A DNA stretch of 64,000 bases from Gemmatimonadota bacterium (GCA_039588295.1 JBDHAB010000007.1:96001-160000); one strand, 5' to 3'. Shown: positions 8,755-23,184, counted from the stretch's first letter. The notes: generated by a model from the letters alone, not told the origin. Translations and numbers: made by a program.

Positions 8755-9855
8755 ATGCGCGCGAAGTCGGTGGTGACCATTGCTTTCCTCCTGCTACCGG
8801 CCGCGTGCTCCAAGAACCCTCCGCCGGACTTCGCCCCCGATCCGGGGTTGGTCGGGCAAATCTCCGAGATTCGCATCCGCACCGCGGTCGGGCGAGTGTG
8901 TCCCGGCCAAACGATCCGGGCCGACTACGAAGCGGTGCTGGAAGACGGGCGGGTGATTCCGTTCGCTCGCGAGTACGACGACGACGACCCGCCGCCGCTG
9001 CACGTGGTGTTTCTCCGCCGCACGAGTCCCGCAGCGGAGAGCGAGGGTGACGGGGACTGGAGCACCGACCCTGACCCACTGCTCAGCGCCATGGACGGGT
9101 TTCGGCTCCACGCGGAACTCAGGGCGCGCCCCTCGCTGTCGGCATCCGTGACGGTTGCCCCGGAGTATTCCTGTGCGCGGCATCGATTCCGGTTCGCCGG
9201 CCGCACCGGCGCGCGGGGACGGTCCGGGCGTTCCGGACCCGATGTCCTGGTGCGGCTGGCCGTGCTGGGCTCGCCGTTCCACGAGCGGTTGCTCGTGCTC
9301 GGCATCGAGGTCGGTGATGCGCCACCGTTCTTCGTGCTCCAGGACGCCGCGGCGGTTCCGCCCGCGGACTGGTATGTGATCGAGTCGGTCGGCGGGCGCG
9401 GGGGACGTGGTGAGGATGGGGGTGATGGAGCCGAAGGAGTCAAGGGACGCGCCGGCTGCCCTGGAGGCCGTGGAGGGGTAGGCGGGCCGGGTGGTGACGG
9501 TGGTCCCGGTGGGCCGGGCGGTCCGGGCGGTCCGATCACGATTATGGTTCCGTCAGACGAGCCGTTCCTCGCCGGCCTCGTCGATGGCCGCAGCATCGGT
9601 GGGCCGGGTGGTGCGGGAGGCAGTGGGGGCGACGGTGGGCCTGGGGGTGAAGGGGGAGACGCGATCGTGGTCACGGGGCGCCAGTGCGCGGCTGGGCCTC
9701 AAGGCCCTGTGGGACGCGAGGGGCGAGCTGGGGCGGAGGGACCGGACGGCAGTCGCGGGGTGCGGCCCAGGGTCATCACAGTGTCGGCGTCGGAAGTGTT
9801 CGGGAGCAGGGCTCCACTTTCACTACAGGCCCTGATAGATTTCACCCGCAATTGA
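8755..9855 (+). CDS. Lipoprotein with glycine-rich (G-x-x)n collagen/polyglycine-like segments
   Basis: Lipobox-like LLPAAC; long GGxGGx and GxxGxx tracts in the C-terminal half. Confidence 0.75.
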   Translation: MRAKSVVTIAFLLLPAACSKNPPPDFAPDPGLVGQISEIRIRTAVGRVCPGQTIRADYEAVLEDGRVIPFAREYDDDDPPPLHVVFLRRTSPAAESEGDGDWSTDPDPLLSAMDGFRLHAELRARPSLSASVTVAPEYSCARHRFRFAGRTGARGRSGRSGPDVLVRLAVLGSPFHERLLVLGIEVGDAPPFFVLQDAAAVPPADWYVIESVGGRGGRGEDGGDGAEGVKGRAGCPGGRGGVGGPGGDGGPGGPGGPGGPITIMVPSDEPFLAGLVDGRSIGGPGGAGGSGGDGGPGGEGGDAIVVTGRQCAAGPQGPVGREGRAGAEGPDGSRGVRPRVITVSASEVFGSRAPLSLQALIDFTRN

Positions 9856-10029
9856 AACCCATTGGATCGGGGAGTGGGGCGTTGGGGAGCGGTATCTCGA
9901 AGCGAGCGGTAAGGCAAGACCGGCAACCCGCCGGGAGCGCCAATCGTGTTCGCGTCGCAGGCCCTCCGCAGCACTCGACTTCCCGTTGTTGTTTCTGAGC
10001 CCGCTCAGGGAAACCGAGGAGATTCACCC

Positions 10030-11184
10030 GTGATTGTTTCCGTTCCGAAGGAATCGGCCAGCGGTGAGCGGCGTGTCGCCCTCACGCCGGACGTCGTGAA
10101 GCGGCTGGTCGGTCAAGGGGTTGAGGTGCGCATCGAGCACGATGCCGGCCGCACCGCGTCCCATTCCGACGCCCTCTACGAATCGGCGGGAGCCACGATC
10201 GTCAGCGACCGCGATGCCGTGTGGCGTGAGGCCGACGTCGTGCTTCGGGTGCAGCGTCCCATGATCTCCGGCGAGCGAGACGAGGTTGCATTGCTGAGCG
10301 AGGGCGCCGTGGTGGTCGGAATGCTGCAGCCGGCGACGAACGCCGATCTGGTCAACCGCCTTGCCAAGCAACGCGTGACCAGCTTCAGCCTAGACCAGCT
10401 ACCGCGCATCACGCGCGCGCAAACGATGGATGTCTTGTCGTCGATGAGTACGATCGCCGGATACCGCGCGGTGCTGCTGGCGGCGGCAAACAACGCAAAG
10501 TTCTTCCCGATGCTGATCACGGCCGCGGGGACGATCGCCCCCGCCAAAGTGCTGATCCTCGGCGCCGGGGTTGCCGGATTGCAGGCCATCGCCACGGCTC
10601 GTCGGCTCGGCGCAGTGGTCGTGGCGTTCGACGTGCGCCCCGCGGTGAAAGAGCAGGTCGAGAGTCTCGGGGCGAAGTTCATCTCCCCCGACACAGGTGC
10701 CCTCGAGGCCGAAGGGGCTGGCGGGTACGCCAAGGAATTGAGCGAGGACCAGCACAAGAAGGAACTCGAGTTCCTTCATGAACACATCAAGGCCGTCGAC
10801 GTCGTAATCTCGACGGCGCTCATTCCCGGCAAGCCTGCGCCGAAACTGATCACGCAGGACATGGTGAAGGACATGCGGCCGGGGAGCGTCATCATCGACC
10901 TCGCCGCCGAGATGGGGGGGAACTGCGAACTCACGCAGCCCGGTGAGACCGTCGATCGGTTTGGGGTCAGCATCATGGGCCCGCTGAACATCCCCGCCAC
11001 CATGCCGGTGCATGCGAGTCAGATGTACGCGAAGAACATGCAGGCCTTTCTGGGCCTGGTGATCGACAAGGAAGGCAAGCTTACACTCAACTTCGAAGAT
11101 GAGATCGTGCAGGGAACCTGTGTTACCCATGAAGGCAACATTGTGGACGAGGCGACCCGTAGTGCTTTGGGAGGCAAGGCGTGA
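10030..11184 (+). CDS. pntA: NAD(P) transhydrogenase subunit alpha part 1 (domain I)
   Basis: GAGGAG RBS and GTG start; VPKE..GERRVALTP, RAQTMDVLSSMSTIAGY, GAGVAGLQAIATA and GGYAKE. Confidence 0.95.
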   Translation: MIVSVPKESASGERRVALTPDVVKRLVGQGVEVRIEHDAGRTASHSDALYESAGATIVSDRDAVWREADVVLRVQRPMISGERDEVALLSEGAVVVGMLQPATNADLVNRLAKQRVTSFSLDQLPRITRAQTMDVLSSMSTIAGYRAVLLAAANNAKFFPMLITAAGTIAPAKVLILGAGVAGLQAIATARRLGAVVVAFDVRPAVKEQVESLGAKFISPDTGALEAEGAGGYAKELSEDQHKKELEFLHEHIKAVDVVISTALIPGKPAPKLITQDMVKDMRPGSVIIDLAAEMGGNCELTQPGETVDRFGVSIMGPLNIPATMPVHASQMYAKNMQAFLGLVIDKEGKLTLNFEDEIVQGTCVTHEGNIVDEATRSALGGKA

Positions 11185-11476
11185 TGATTGAGGAACTCGT
11201 TGGGCTGCTCGTGATCTTCGTACTGGCGATGTTCGTCGGCTTCGAAGTGATCACGAAGGTACCGCCCACCCTTCATACGCCGCTCATGTCCGGCTCCAAC
11301 GCGATCTCCGGGATCACGATCATCGGAGCGCTCATCATTGCCGGGAAGGGTGAGACGCGGCTTACGTCGATCCTCGGGCTGGTGGCGGTGATCTTCGCCA
11401 TGATCAATGTCGTGGGCGGGTTCATGGTCACCGACCGGATGCTCCGGATGTTCAAGCGTAAACCCGAGGAGCAGCA

Positions 11477-11480
<4 letters not shown>
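11181..11480 (+). CDS. pntA: NAD(P) transhydrogenase subunit alpha part 2 (membrane)
   Basis: VPPTLHTPLMSGSNAISG and NVVGGFMVTDRML. Confidence 0.95.
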
Positions 11481-12868
<1,388 letters not shown>

Positions 12869-12890
12869 CCGGCGACGGGAAGGATGGTCA

Positions 12891-12932
12891 GCGGCGGCCG
12901 GTGGCCCACCATTCGGGATCGCCGGCCGCCGC
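12891..12932. terminator. Long GC hairpin between convergent pntB and arfB
   Basis: GCGGCGGCCGG (12891-12901) pairs with CCGGCCGCCGC (12922-12932), and the stem extends inward. Confidence 0.5.
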
Positions 12933-13036
12933 GGTGTATGCGAGCTCGGGTGGTGCAGGTCGGGGAGGAATCGGGAGGGGAGCGTGACGGGATCCACACT
13001 TCCGATGCGACGGATCCAGAGATGATGAACCGTGTG

Positions 13037-13444
13037 TCAGTCCTCTGGTTTCACGCGGCCGCGTTGGCGTTTGGTTTTGGAGCGGTGCTGCTTGTCGGCC
13101 AACCGCCGCTCGCGCGCCGACGCCGGTGGCTTGGTCTTTTTGCGGGGCTTGGGAAGCACGAGCGCATCCTTGACGAGCTTGCGGAGCCGCGCGATGGCCG
13201 CGCGGCGGTTCTGCCACTGGCTGCGGCGTTCGGCGGCCACGACCCGGAGCACGCCCCGTCTATCGATCCGGCGAGCGAGCTTGTGGAGCAGACGCTCCCG
13301 CTGAGCCTCCGTCAGGCTCGGGCTCGCAGCGACGCTCCACCGCACCTCGACGCGCGTCGCGGTCGTGTTCACGTGCTGCCCACCCGGGCCACGGGCTCGA
13401 GTGGCGCGCACATCCAACTCCTCGAGCGGAACGGTGTATGCCAT
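13037..13444 (-). CDS. arfB: Alternative ribosome rescue peptidyl-tRNA hydrolase ArfB (YaeJ)
   Basis: GPGGQHVNT, RSQWQNR and a basic tail PKPRKKTKP...RRLADKQHRSKTKRQR. Confidence 0.93.
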   Translation of the reverse strand: MAYTVPLEELDVRATRARGPGGQHVNTTATRVEVRWSVAASPSLTEAQRERLLHKLARRIDRRGVLRVVAAERRSQWQNRRAAIARLRKLVKDALVLPKPRKKTKPPASARERRLADKQHRSKTKRQRGRVKPED

Positions 13445-13528
13445 ATCGCACCAAGATAGCAGCGTATTGGTGGGGGCACCCGCTCTGGCGCTCCGTAGGG
13501 CACCCGGGCAGCTTCCAATGAGGTATCA

Positions 13529-14668
13529 ATGAATACGATGCGCGTGTCAGAGTCTGGTACCCTCGCGCTGGTGCTGTCGGGGGGTGGGGCAAGGGCGGCG
13601 TATCAGGTTGGCGTGCTGAGCGCCATCGCAGAAGGGTATCCCAATCTGGAGATCCCCATCCTCACCGGTGTTTCCGCCGGTGCGATCAACACGGTGTATC
13701 TCGCCGCCCACACTGGACCCTTCAGTCGAGCCGTCGAGGGACTGCGAGACCAATGGAGTCGGCTGACACCCGATCAGGTTTATGCGGTGCGATCCCACCG
13801 GTTGGGTCGAGCGGTGCTGCACTGGGTGTTCAACATGATCACGCGCCGAGGATCCCCGAGACCCTCCTTGCGCGGTCTCATGGACATGGCGCCGCTCGGT
13901 GGATTCCTGGCCGCCTGCATGGAGATCGACGGGATCCAGAAGAACATCCGTCGTGGGCAACTGCGGGCGGCCGCCTTGAGTACCACATGCTATTCGTCGG
14001 GACAGACGGTGACGTTCGTGCAAGGCACGGCGGATGTACCGCTTTGGAAACGGCACATGCGTGTGGCGGTGCGCACCAATGTCACGGTCGAACATCTCCT
14101 CGCGTCGGCCGCCATACCCATCGTGTTTCCGGCCGTCCAGATTGGCGACGCGTTCTATGGGGACGGGAGCGTGCGACAGACGGCTCCGCTGGCACCGGCG
14201 ATTCACCTCGGAGCCGAGCGCATCTTGGCCATTGCGATGCGGTCCGGCGAAGTCCCGGAGTGCACGCGGCGGACCGAGCGATACCCGGTAGCGGCGGAAG
14301 TCTTCGGACTCCTGTTGCATTCGGTGTTTCTCGATTCCCTCGACGCCGATGCAGAGCGTCTGGACCGGGTGAATCGTCTACTCGCCGCGCTTCCGGCAGA
14401 GGAGGCTCGGGCATCGGGTATGAGGCCCGTGGAGTTGCTGCTGTTGCGGCCCTCCAGGGACCTCGGCACGATTGCGAGTGACTTCGTGCTCGATATCCCT
14501 GCGCTGGCGAAGCTCTTGATCTCGGGCATTGGCGGTGAGCGCGCCCGATCTTCCGACTTCCTGAGCTATCTCATGTTCCAGCCCGACTACACCGGCTCGC
14601 TGATACAGTTGGGGTACGAGGATGCACGGCGTCGGTGGGGAGAGATCCAAGATTTTCTGAGCGTCTGA
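13529..14668 (+). CDS. Patatin-like phospholipase
   Basis: LSGGGARAAYQVG, GVSAG nucleophile elbow, ASAAIPIVFP and DGS. Confidence 0.9.
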   Translation: MNTMRVSESGTLALVLSGGGARAAYQVGVLSAIAEGYPNLEIPILTGVSAGAINTVYLAAHTGPFSRAVEGLRDQWSRLTPDQVYAVRSHRLGRAVLHWVFNMITRRGSPRPSLRGLMDMAPLGGFLAACMEIDGIQKNIRRGQLRAAALSTTCYSSGQTVTFVQGTADVPLWKRHMRVAVRTNVTVEHLLASAAIPIVFPAVQIGDAFYGDGSVRQTAPLAPAIHLGAERILAIAMRSGEVPECTRRTERYPVAAEVFGLLLHSVFLDSLDADAERLDRVNRLLAALPAEEARASGMRPVELLLLRPSRDLGTIASDFVLDIPALAKLLISGIGGERARSSDFLSYLMFQPDYTGSLIQLGYEDARRRWGEIQDFLSV

Positions 14669-14713
14669 AGTCCGACGAGCGAGGAAGGCAGACCGGCGAC
14701 GTGGTGAGGGGGC

Positions 14714-14731
14714 GGGAGGGTCAACCCTCCC
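14714..14731. terminator. Hairpin between convergent patatin and acnA genes
   Basis: GGGAGGG-TCAA-CCCTCCC. Confidence 0.4.
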
Positions 14732-14755
14732 ACCTCCGGTGTGCGTGTGCCGAAC

Positions 14756-17545
<2,790 letters not shown>

Positions 17546-17685
17546 GTTTCGGTATCGAGGGCTGAGTTCAGGAGTTGGACCGTGGCCCCTAACAGTAACA
17601 TGCCGTTTGATGGGCGGGCAGGCGGTGCCTGAAGCGGAGCTGCTTCGCGTCGGGGAACGCGCACCTCGGCCTGGGGCGCAGCAAA

Positions 17686-17743
17686 GGCGGCCTCATCTCT
17701 GATTCCTCAGAGGTGGAGGCCGCCGAGCGGACCTCTGTCCGCT
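17686..17743. other. Two adjacent strong hairpins in the acnA-tkt intergenic region
   Basis: GGCGGCCTC-ATCTCTGA-TTCC-TCAGAGGT-G-GAGGCCGCC (17686-17724) and AGCGGAC-CTCT-GTCCGCT (17726-17743). Confidence 0.55.
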
Positions 17744-17768
17744 GGATGCCCGTAGTCTCTGCACGCCC

Positions 17769-17902
17769 AACCCGTGTCCAGCCCCGTCAGAGGCCGCGGG
17801 ATTGTGACTCACAGCCCCTACAGATCGCCCATCCGCTGCGGGTATCTGCCGCCGTGAATCGCGAGAGGACAAACCGCCACTTCCCATTACCGGACACGGG
17901 TT
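17769..17902. mobile_element. Candidate 134-bp MITE or structured element
   Basis: Perfect 11-bp terminal inverted repeat AACCCGTGTCC/GGACACGGGTT (12/13 when extended), flanked on both sides by CCC, with internal hairpins. Confidence 0.35.
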
Positions 17903-18063
17903 CCCCTCGATGGCATTTGGAGAATAGCGCTGACCATCTGAAGGGAAAGTGAATTGAACGTGAAACCACTGGACCTTCGTCTCGGCGCGCTGCCGCGGTG
18001 GGGACAGGATGCTATCTTTGCTGTCGCCGAATCCCTCAAGACGCGACGATGGAGACCCTCGAC

Positions 18064-20091
18064 ATGACCGACGGCGCCGTGGAGCAGGGCTCTGCCCTGG
18101 ATCAACTGTGCGTCAATACGCTCCGCACCCTTGCCATCGATGCAGTGGAGCGTGCGAAGTCCGGCCATCCCGGTGCACCGATGGGTCTGGCGCCCGTGAG
18201 CTATGTCCTGTGGACCCGCCATCTGCGTCACAGTCCCGAAAATCCGCAGTGGGTGGGACGGGACCGATTTGTGCTTTCCTGTGGGCATGCGTCGATGCTG
18301 CTCTACGGGCTTCTGTATCTCAGCGGATACGATCTATCACTCGAGGACCTCAAGACGTTTCGTCAGTGGGGCAGCAGGACGCCAGGCCATCCGGAGTATG
18401 GTGACACGCCGGGCGTTGAGACCACGACGGGTCCGCTCGGCCAGGGCTTCGGCAACGCGGTCGGCATGGCCCTGGCCGCGGCGCATCTGGCCGCGCGGTT
18501 CAATCGGCCGAAGCTCGAAGTGGTCGCGCATCGGGTCTACGTGCTGGCCAGCGACGGAGACCTCATGGAGGGGGTGTCGCACGAGGCCGCCTCGCTCGCC
18601 GGCCATCTTGGTCTTGGCGATCTCATCGTGCTGTATGACGACAACGGCATCACGATCGACGGCTCCACGGACCTCACCTACAGTGATGACGTGCCGCAAC
18701 GCTTTGCGGCCTACGGGTGGCAGGTCCTCACCGTGGATGACGGGAACGATCTGAGCGCCGTCGACGCCGCCATCGTCGCGGCGAAGGCCGAGCGAGCCAG
18801 GCCGTCGCTGGTGGTGGTCCGCACCCACATCGGCTACGGCAGTCCAAACAAACAGGACACGGCTGCGGCGCACGGCGCGCCGCTCGGTGAGGAGGAGGTG
18901 CATCTCACGAAGCGGAACTTGGGATGGCCCCACGACGCGCCGTTTGCCGTACCGGACGACGCGCTCGAGGTGTGGCGCCGCTGCCGTGACCGGGGCACAG
19001 CGCTGGAGTCCGAGTGGAAAGAGCTGAATCGAGAGTACAGGGTGCGGGAGCCGAAGCTCGCCGCGGAGTTCGATCGACGGTTACGAGGCGAACTTCCCTC
19101 GGGGTGGGAGGACGCGATGCCGCGGTTCACGGAGGCCGACGGGCCGATGGCGACGCGCGCGGCATCTGGAAAGGTGCTGGCAGCGCTCACGCCTCGGATC
19201 CCTGAGCTGCTCGGTGGATCGGCGGACCTTGGCGGTTCGAACAACACGCTCGTCAAGGAGGCGGACGATCTCGGTCGGGGCAACCTTGGTGGGCGCAACA
19301 TGTACTTCGGGGTCCGCGAGCATGCCATGGGTGCGATCCTCAACGGCATGGCACGGCACGGCGGAATCGTCCCCTACGGCGGGACGTTCCTGGTGTTCTC
19401 GGATTACATGCGCCCGCCGATTCGCCTCGCAGCAATGATGGGTCTCAAGGTCGTGTACGTGTTCACCCATGATTCAATCGGTCTCGGGGAGGACGGTCCG
19501 ACACACCAACCCGTCGAGATGTTGGCCGCGCTGCGCGTGGTGCCGAACCTCATCATCATTCGGCCGGCGGACGCCGCCGAGACCAGCGAAGCGTGGCGGG
19601 TTGCGCTGGAGCATCGGGGAGGACCCGTCGCGCTCGCGCTGACCCGACAGAAGATTCCCGCGCTCGCACGGGAGCAGGTTTCGGCCGGTGATGGCCTCGC
19701 GAACGGAGCGTATGTCATTGCCGACGCGCCGGGTGGACAGCCCGACGTGATTCTGCTCGCCAGCGGCTCGGAAGTCCACGTCGTGCTGGACGCGCGGCAG
19801 CGTCTCCGCGCGGACGGGATGGAAGCACGGGTGGTGAGCATGCCGAGCATGGAGCTCTTTGCAGCCCAACCGCGTGGCTACCGTGAAGATGTGCTACCCC
19901 CGTCCGTGACGCGGCGGCTTGCGGTGGAGGCCGCGCATCCAATGCCGTGGTGGCGCTGGGTGGGTGAACACGGCGACGTGCTCGGTATTGAAACCTTCGG
20001 CCGGTCCGCGCCTGCCGCACGGCTGCTGGAGGAGTACGGCTTCAGCGCCGACAACGTCGTGCAGCGGGTGCAGCGTCTCCTCGCCCGATGA
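18064..20091 (+). CDS. tkt: Transketolase
   Basis: [49 protein letters not shown] and [16 protein letters not shown]. Confidence 0.97.
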   Translation: MTDGAVEQGSALDQLCVNTLRTLAIDAVERAKSGHPGAPMGLAPVSYVLWTRHLRHSPENPQWVGRDRFVLSCGHASMLLYGLLYLSGYDLSLEDLKTFRQWGSRTPGHPEYGDTPGVETTTGPLGQGFGNAVGMALAAAHLAARFNRPKLEVVAHRVYVLASDGDLMEGVSHEAASLAGHLGLGDLIVLYDDNGITIDGSTDLTYSDDVPQRFAAYGWQVLTVDDGNDLSAVDAAIVAAKAERARPSLVVVRTHIGYGSPNKQDTAAAHGAPLGEEEVHLTKRNLGWPHDAPFAVPDDALEVWRRCRDRGTALESEWKELNREYRVREPKLAAEFDRRLRGELPSGWEDAMPRFTEADGPMATRAASGKVLAALTPRIPELLGGSADLGGSNNTLVKEADDLGRGNLGGRNMYFGVREHAMGAILNGMARHGGIVPYGGTFLVFSDYMRPPIRLAAMMGLKVVYVFTHDSIGLGEDGPTHQPVEMLAALRVVPNLIIIRPADAAETSEAWRVALEHRGGPVALALTRQKIPALAREQVSAGDGLANGAYVIADAPGGQPDVILLASGSEVHVVLDARQRLRADGMEARVVSMPSMELFAAQPRGYREDVLPPSVTRRLAVEAAHPMPWWRWVGEHGDVLGIETFGRSAPAARLLEEYGFSADNVVQRVQRLLAR

Positions 20092-21662
20092 CCGTCTCGA
20101 ATCGAGAACTCCAGGACGCGGTCTCTCGGCGGTTGTCCGAGCTAGACGAGCACCATGCCATTCAGCGTTTGTGGAACGGCGATCCCACGTTGTGGACGGA
20201 CGACCCGGCGGTGCCGGAGCTGGCCGATCGTCTCGGCTGGCTCACCGTGGGCTCCCTGGTTGCGGGAGAGGTGGAGCGGCTGGGGGCGTTCGCGGACAGC
20301 GTGCGTTCGCAGTTCGACCGGGTTGTGCTCCTCGGTATGGGCGGGTCGAGCCTCGCTCCGGAGGTCCTGTGGCGATTGATCGGGCGCAGACCCGGATTCC
20401 CGGTGTTCCAGATGCTGGACAGCACCCACCCTGCCGCCGTCCGAGAGATCACGAGCGGCGGTGACCTCGAGCGAACGTTGTTTGTCGTCTCGAGCAAGTC
20501 TGGCACGACCATCGAGACCGCGAGTTTCCTGCGACACTTCTGGCATGTGATGCGGGAACGAGGTGATCGATTCCTCGCTATCACCGATCCGGGAACGGCG
20601 CTCGAGCGGCTGGGTCGGGAGCGCGGGTTTCGCCGCGTGTTCTGCAACCCACCCGATGTCGGGGGCCGCTACTCGGCGCTGTCGTTGTTTGGCATGGTCC
20701 CGGCGGCGCTCTTCGGAGCCGACGTTCGACGGCTGCTTGATCGTGGTGAGGCCATGGCGGATTGCTGCTCGTCCGACACGAGCATCGCCGACAACCCCGG
20801 TGCGTCGTTGGGCGTCCTGATGGCCGAGGCTGCTCGTGGGGGTCGGGACAAGCTCACGCTCGTGCTGGAGGGCGAGCTCGCGAGTTTCGGACTCTGGGTC
20901 GAGCAGCTCGTCGCCGAAAGCATTGGGAAGGAAGGTACGGGCATCGTGCCCATCGTCTGCGAGCGACCCGATGCACAAGTCGGGCAGTGTGACGACCGGC
21001 TGTTCGTTACGATGGCCATGTCGGGACGGCGACCGGCGGCGATCCTGGATCGCGAGCTGGTGCTCGAGACGGGCGACCATCCGCTGGCGCGTATCGCCCT
21101 CGACGACCCGTACGATCTTGGCGGCGAGTTTTTCCGGTGGGAGTTTGCGACCGCCGTCGCCGGGGCCGTCCTTCGGGTGAATCCGTTTGATCAACCGAAC
21201 GTCGCCGAAAGCAAAGCGAACACCAAGCGCGTGCTTGCGGAGGGGTACGGTGGGGCCCGCCCGGATCGGCTTCGGCGGAGCGAACTCCTGGCATTCTTCG
21301 AGAACGTGCGAGCTGGAGATTACGTTTCGGTACAGGCGTTCTTGTCACCCAGCGCCGAGAGCGACGGTAGCCTCCGAGAGCTGTGTGGTGCGTTGCGTGA
21401 CCGACTGGACGTCCCAGTGACAGCGGGGTATGGGCCGCGCTACCTCCATTCCACGGGGCAGCTTCACAAAGGTGGTTCGGTGCGTGGACACTTCGTCCAG
21501 ATCATCGACGAACCGAGGCAGGACCTGCCGATCCCGGGGGAATCGTACAGCTTCGGCGGACTCATGACGGCGCAGGCGTTCGGTGACTACGAGGCCCTGC
21601 GGAAACGGGGACGTGCGGTGATCCGGGTAACCGGTCCGTCCGAACTGTTGGAACACCTGTAG
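20088..21662 (+). CDS. pgi: Glucose-6-phosphate isomerase (type also found in Tal-Pgi fusions)
   Basis: [46 protein letters not shown] and [10 protein letters not shown]. Confidence 0.88.
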   Translation: MTVSNRELQDAVSRRLSELDEHHAIQRLWNGDPTLWTDDPAVPELADRLGWLTVGSLVAGEVERLGAFADSVRSQFDRVVLLGMGGSSLAPEVLWRLIGRRPGFPVFQMLDSTHPAAVREITSGGDLERTLFVVSSKSGTTIETASFLRHFWHVMRERGDRFLAITDPGTALERLGRERGFRRVFCNPPDVGGRYSALSLFGMVPAALFGADVRRLLDRGEAMADCCSSDTSIADNPGASLGVLMAEAARGGRDKLTLVLEGELASFGLWVEQLVAESIGKEGTGIVPIVCERPDAQVGQCDDRLFVTMAMSGRRPAAILDRELVLETGDHPLARIALDDPYDLGGEFFRWEFATAVAGAVLRVNPFDQPNVAESKANTKRVLAEGYGGARPDRLRRSELLAFFENVRAGDYVSVQAFLSPSAESDGSLRELCGALRDRLDVPVTAGYGPRYLHSTGQLHKGGSVRGHFVQIIDEPRQDLPIPGESYSFGGLMTAQAFGDYEALRKRGRAVIRVTGPSELLEHL

Positions 21663-21663
21663 G

Positions 21664-22338
21664 ATGTCCGCGGCGGAACAGAAACGGCGCGCGGCAGAAG
21701 CATCCGTCACGAGGGTGCGACCGGGGCAGGTCGTTGGCCTCGGTACGGGCTCCACGGCGGCGCTCGCGGTCGAAGCGATTGCTCGCAGGTTGGAGGCGGG
21801 GACCCTGCACGACGTCATCGGCATTCCGACGTCAACGCAAACCTGCGAGCTTGCGCGGTCACTGGGAGTTCCCCTGGGCACGCTGGACGATCACCCGACG
21901 GTCGACGTCACGATCGACGGTGCCGATGAAGTGGACCCCGACGGCAACCTGACCAAGGGCGGCGGCGGCGCGCTGCTCTGGGAGAAGATTGTGGCCGCGG
22001 CGTCTCAGCGGTACATCATCGTTGTCGATGAATCGAAGCTCGTACGACGGCTCGGCGTCCTGTGTGCGATCCCGATCGACGTCATGCCGTTCGGGTGGAA
22101 GACGCATCTCGACGCCGTGGAGGGCTTGGGTGGTGAGGCGGTGTTGCGAACGACGGGGGACGGGGCTCCGTTCGTCACGGACGGCGGACATTACATCATC
22201 GATTGCCACTTTGCCGATGGTCTCGCAGACCCGCAATGGGTCGAGCGTACGCTGCGCGCCCGACCGGGGGTGGTCGAGACGGGTCTCTTCCTGGGGATGT
22301 CGCCGGAGGTGATCGTCGGACGCGCGGATACACCGTGA
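21664..22338 (+). CDS. rpiA: Ribose-5-phosphate isomerase A
   Basis: GLGTGST, DGADEVD, KGGGGALLWEKIVA and PGVVETGLF. Confidence 0.95.
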   Translation: MSAAEQKRRAAEASVTRVRPGQVVGLGTGSTAALAVEAIARRLEAGTLHDVIGIPTSTQTCELARSLGVPLGTLDDHPTVDVTIDGADEVDPDGNLTKGGGGALLWEKIVAAASQRYIIVVDESKLVRRLGVLCAIPIDVMPFGWKTHLDAVEGLGGEAVLRTTGDGAPFVTDGGHYIIDCHFADGLADPQWVERTLRARPGVVETGLFLGMSPEVIVGRADTP

Positions 22339-23069
22339 GACGATTCGTCGTCCTCATCCTCGGAGTCCTAGCTGCGGTCGTGTGCGTGCGGTTGGGATTC
22401 TGGCAGCTCCAGCGACTGGCACAGCGGCGCGCGTCCAACGCGGTAATCGAGACGCGCCGTAGGGCGCCGTCGGTGGATCTCCTCAATACTGAGCCGAGCG
22501 CACTTCGGGGTGACACGCTTGCCTGGAGAAGAGCGACTGCGCGCGGTGCATTCGACTTCGAGCACGAGATTGTCGTGATGGTGCGACCATGGCGTGGCGT
22601 GCCCGGCGTGCATGTGGTAACGCCGCTTCGATTGTCTCCCAATCGAGCCGTCCTGGTCGAGCGGGGATGGGCGCCCTCTCCTGATGGCCGGAGCGTAGAT
22701 CTCTCGGCCCTCAGAGAGGATTCCGTGGCGACGGTTGAAGGGGTTCTCCGAGGGCGAAGCTCAACGGTGATGGCCGGTCACGCGTCGACCTGGCCGATGA
22801 ACGTGCGGACCATCAGCCCCGATGCGCTCGCGTCTGCTTATCCGTATGAACTCCTTCGCGTGGTGCTACGTCGGACGACCGAGCCGCCCGAGACTCCCGG
22901 CGTGATGACGGTGATCGAGCTCCCGGAGCTCACGAACGGCCCGCATCTCTCCTACGCGATCCAGTGGTTCACCTTCGCGACGATTGCGCTGGTGGGGTCG
23001 GTCACCTTGAGTGTCAGGGGAGGGACGAGAGAGAAGAGAGAAGGGAGAAGGGAGAAGGAAGCAGGGTGA
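22335..23069 (+). CDS. SURF1 family protein
   Basis: LGFWQLQR, GVHVVTPL, VLVERGW and HLSYAIQWF. GTG start overlaps the rpiA stop. Confidence 0.88.
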   Translation: MRRFVVLILGVLAAVVCVRLGFWQLQRLAQRRASNAVIETRRRAPSVDLLNTEPSALRGDTLAWRRATARGAFDFEHEIVVMVRPWRGVPGVHVVTPLRLSPNRAVLVERGWAPSPDGRSVDLSALREDSVATVEGVLRGRSSTVMAGHASTWPMNVRTISPDALASAYPYELLRVVLRRTTEPPETPGVMTVIELPELTNGPHLSYAIQWFTFATIALVGSVTLSVRGGTREKREGRREKEAG

Positions 23070-23077
23070 AGGGATAG
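23022..23077 (+). repeat. Purine-rich heptamer tandem array (8 units)
   Basis: GGGACGA GAGAGAA GAGAGAA GGGAGAA GGGAGAA GGAAGCA GGGTGAA GGGATAG. Confidence 0.75.
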
Positions 23078-23113
23078 GGAAGAAAAGAGGATCCGTCGCC
23101 ACCCCCACCGCTA

Positions 23114-23142
23114 TTGACTTCGCCTGGCCCAGCCGGCAGACT
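23114..23142 (+). promoter_or_regulatory. Candidate sigma70-type promoter for the aminotransferase V gene
   Basis: TTGACT-N17-CAGACT, about 40 nt upstream of the AAGGAG RBS and GTG start. Confidence 0.4.
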
Positions 23143-23184
23143 CGCACGGGTCTATCCATTTCACGCGACGACAAGGAGCTCCCC

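Noticed and set aside
9864..10020. G-run tract and small hairpins upstream of pntA as a riboswitch, Rex site or G-quadruplex
   Set aside because: There are only three G4 runs and short stems, with no recognisable aptamer or TTGTGAA-type operator.
13474..13506. GGGCACCCG direct repeat between arfB and the patatin gene
   Set aside because: Two 9-mers in GC-rich DNA are plausibly chance, with no further support.
17890..17915. GGACACGGGTTC resembling a tmRNA/tRNA T-arm
   Set aside because: It is not followed by a T-loop and complementary stem or CCA, and there is no matching 5' end.
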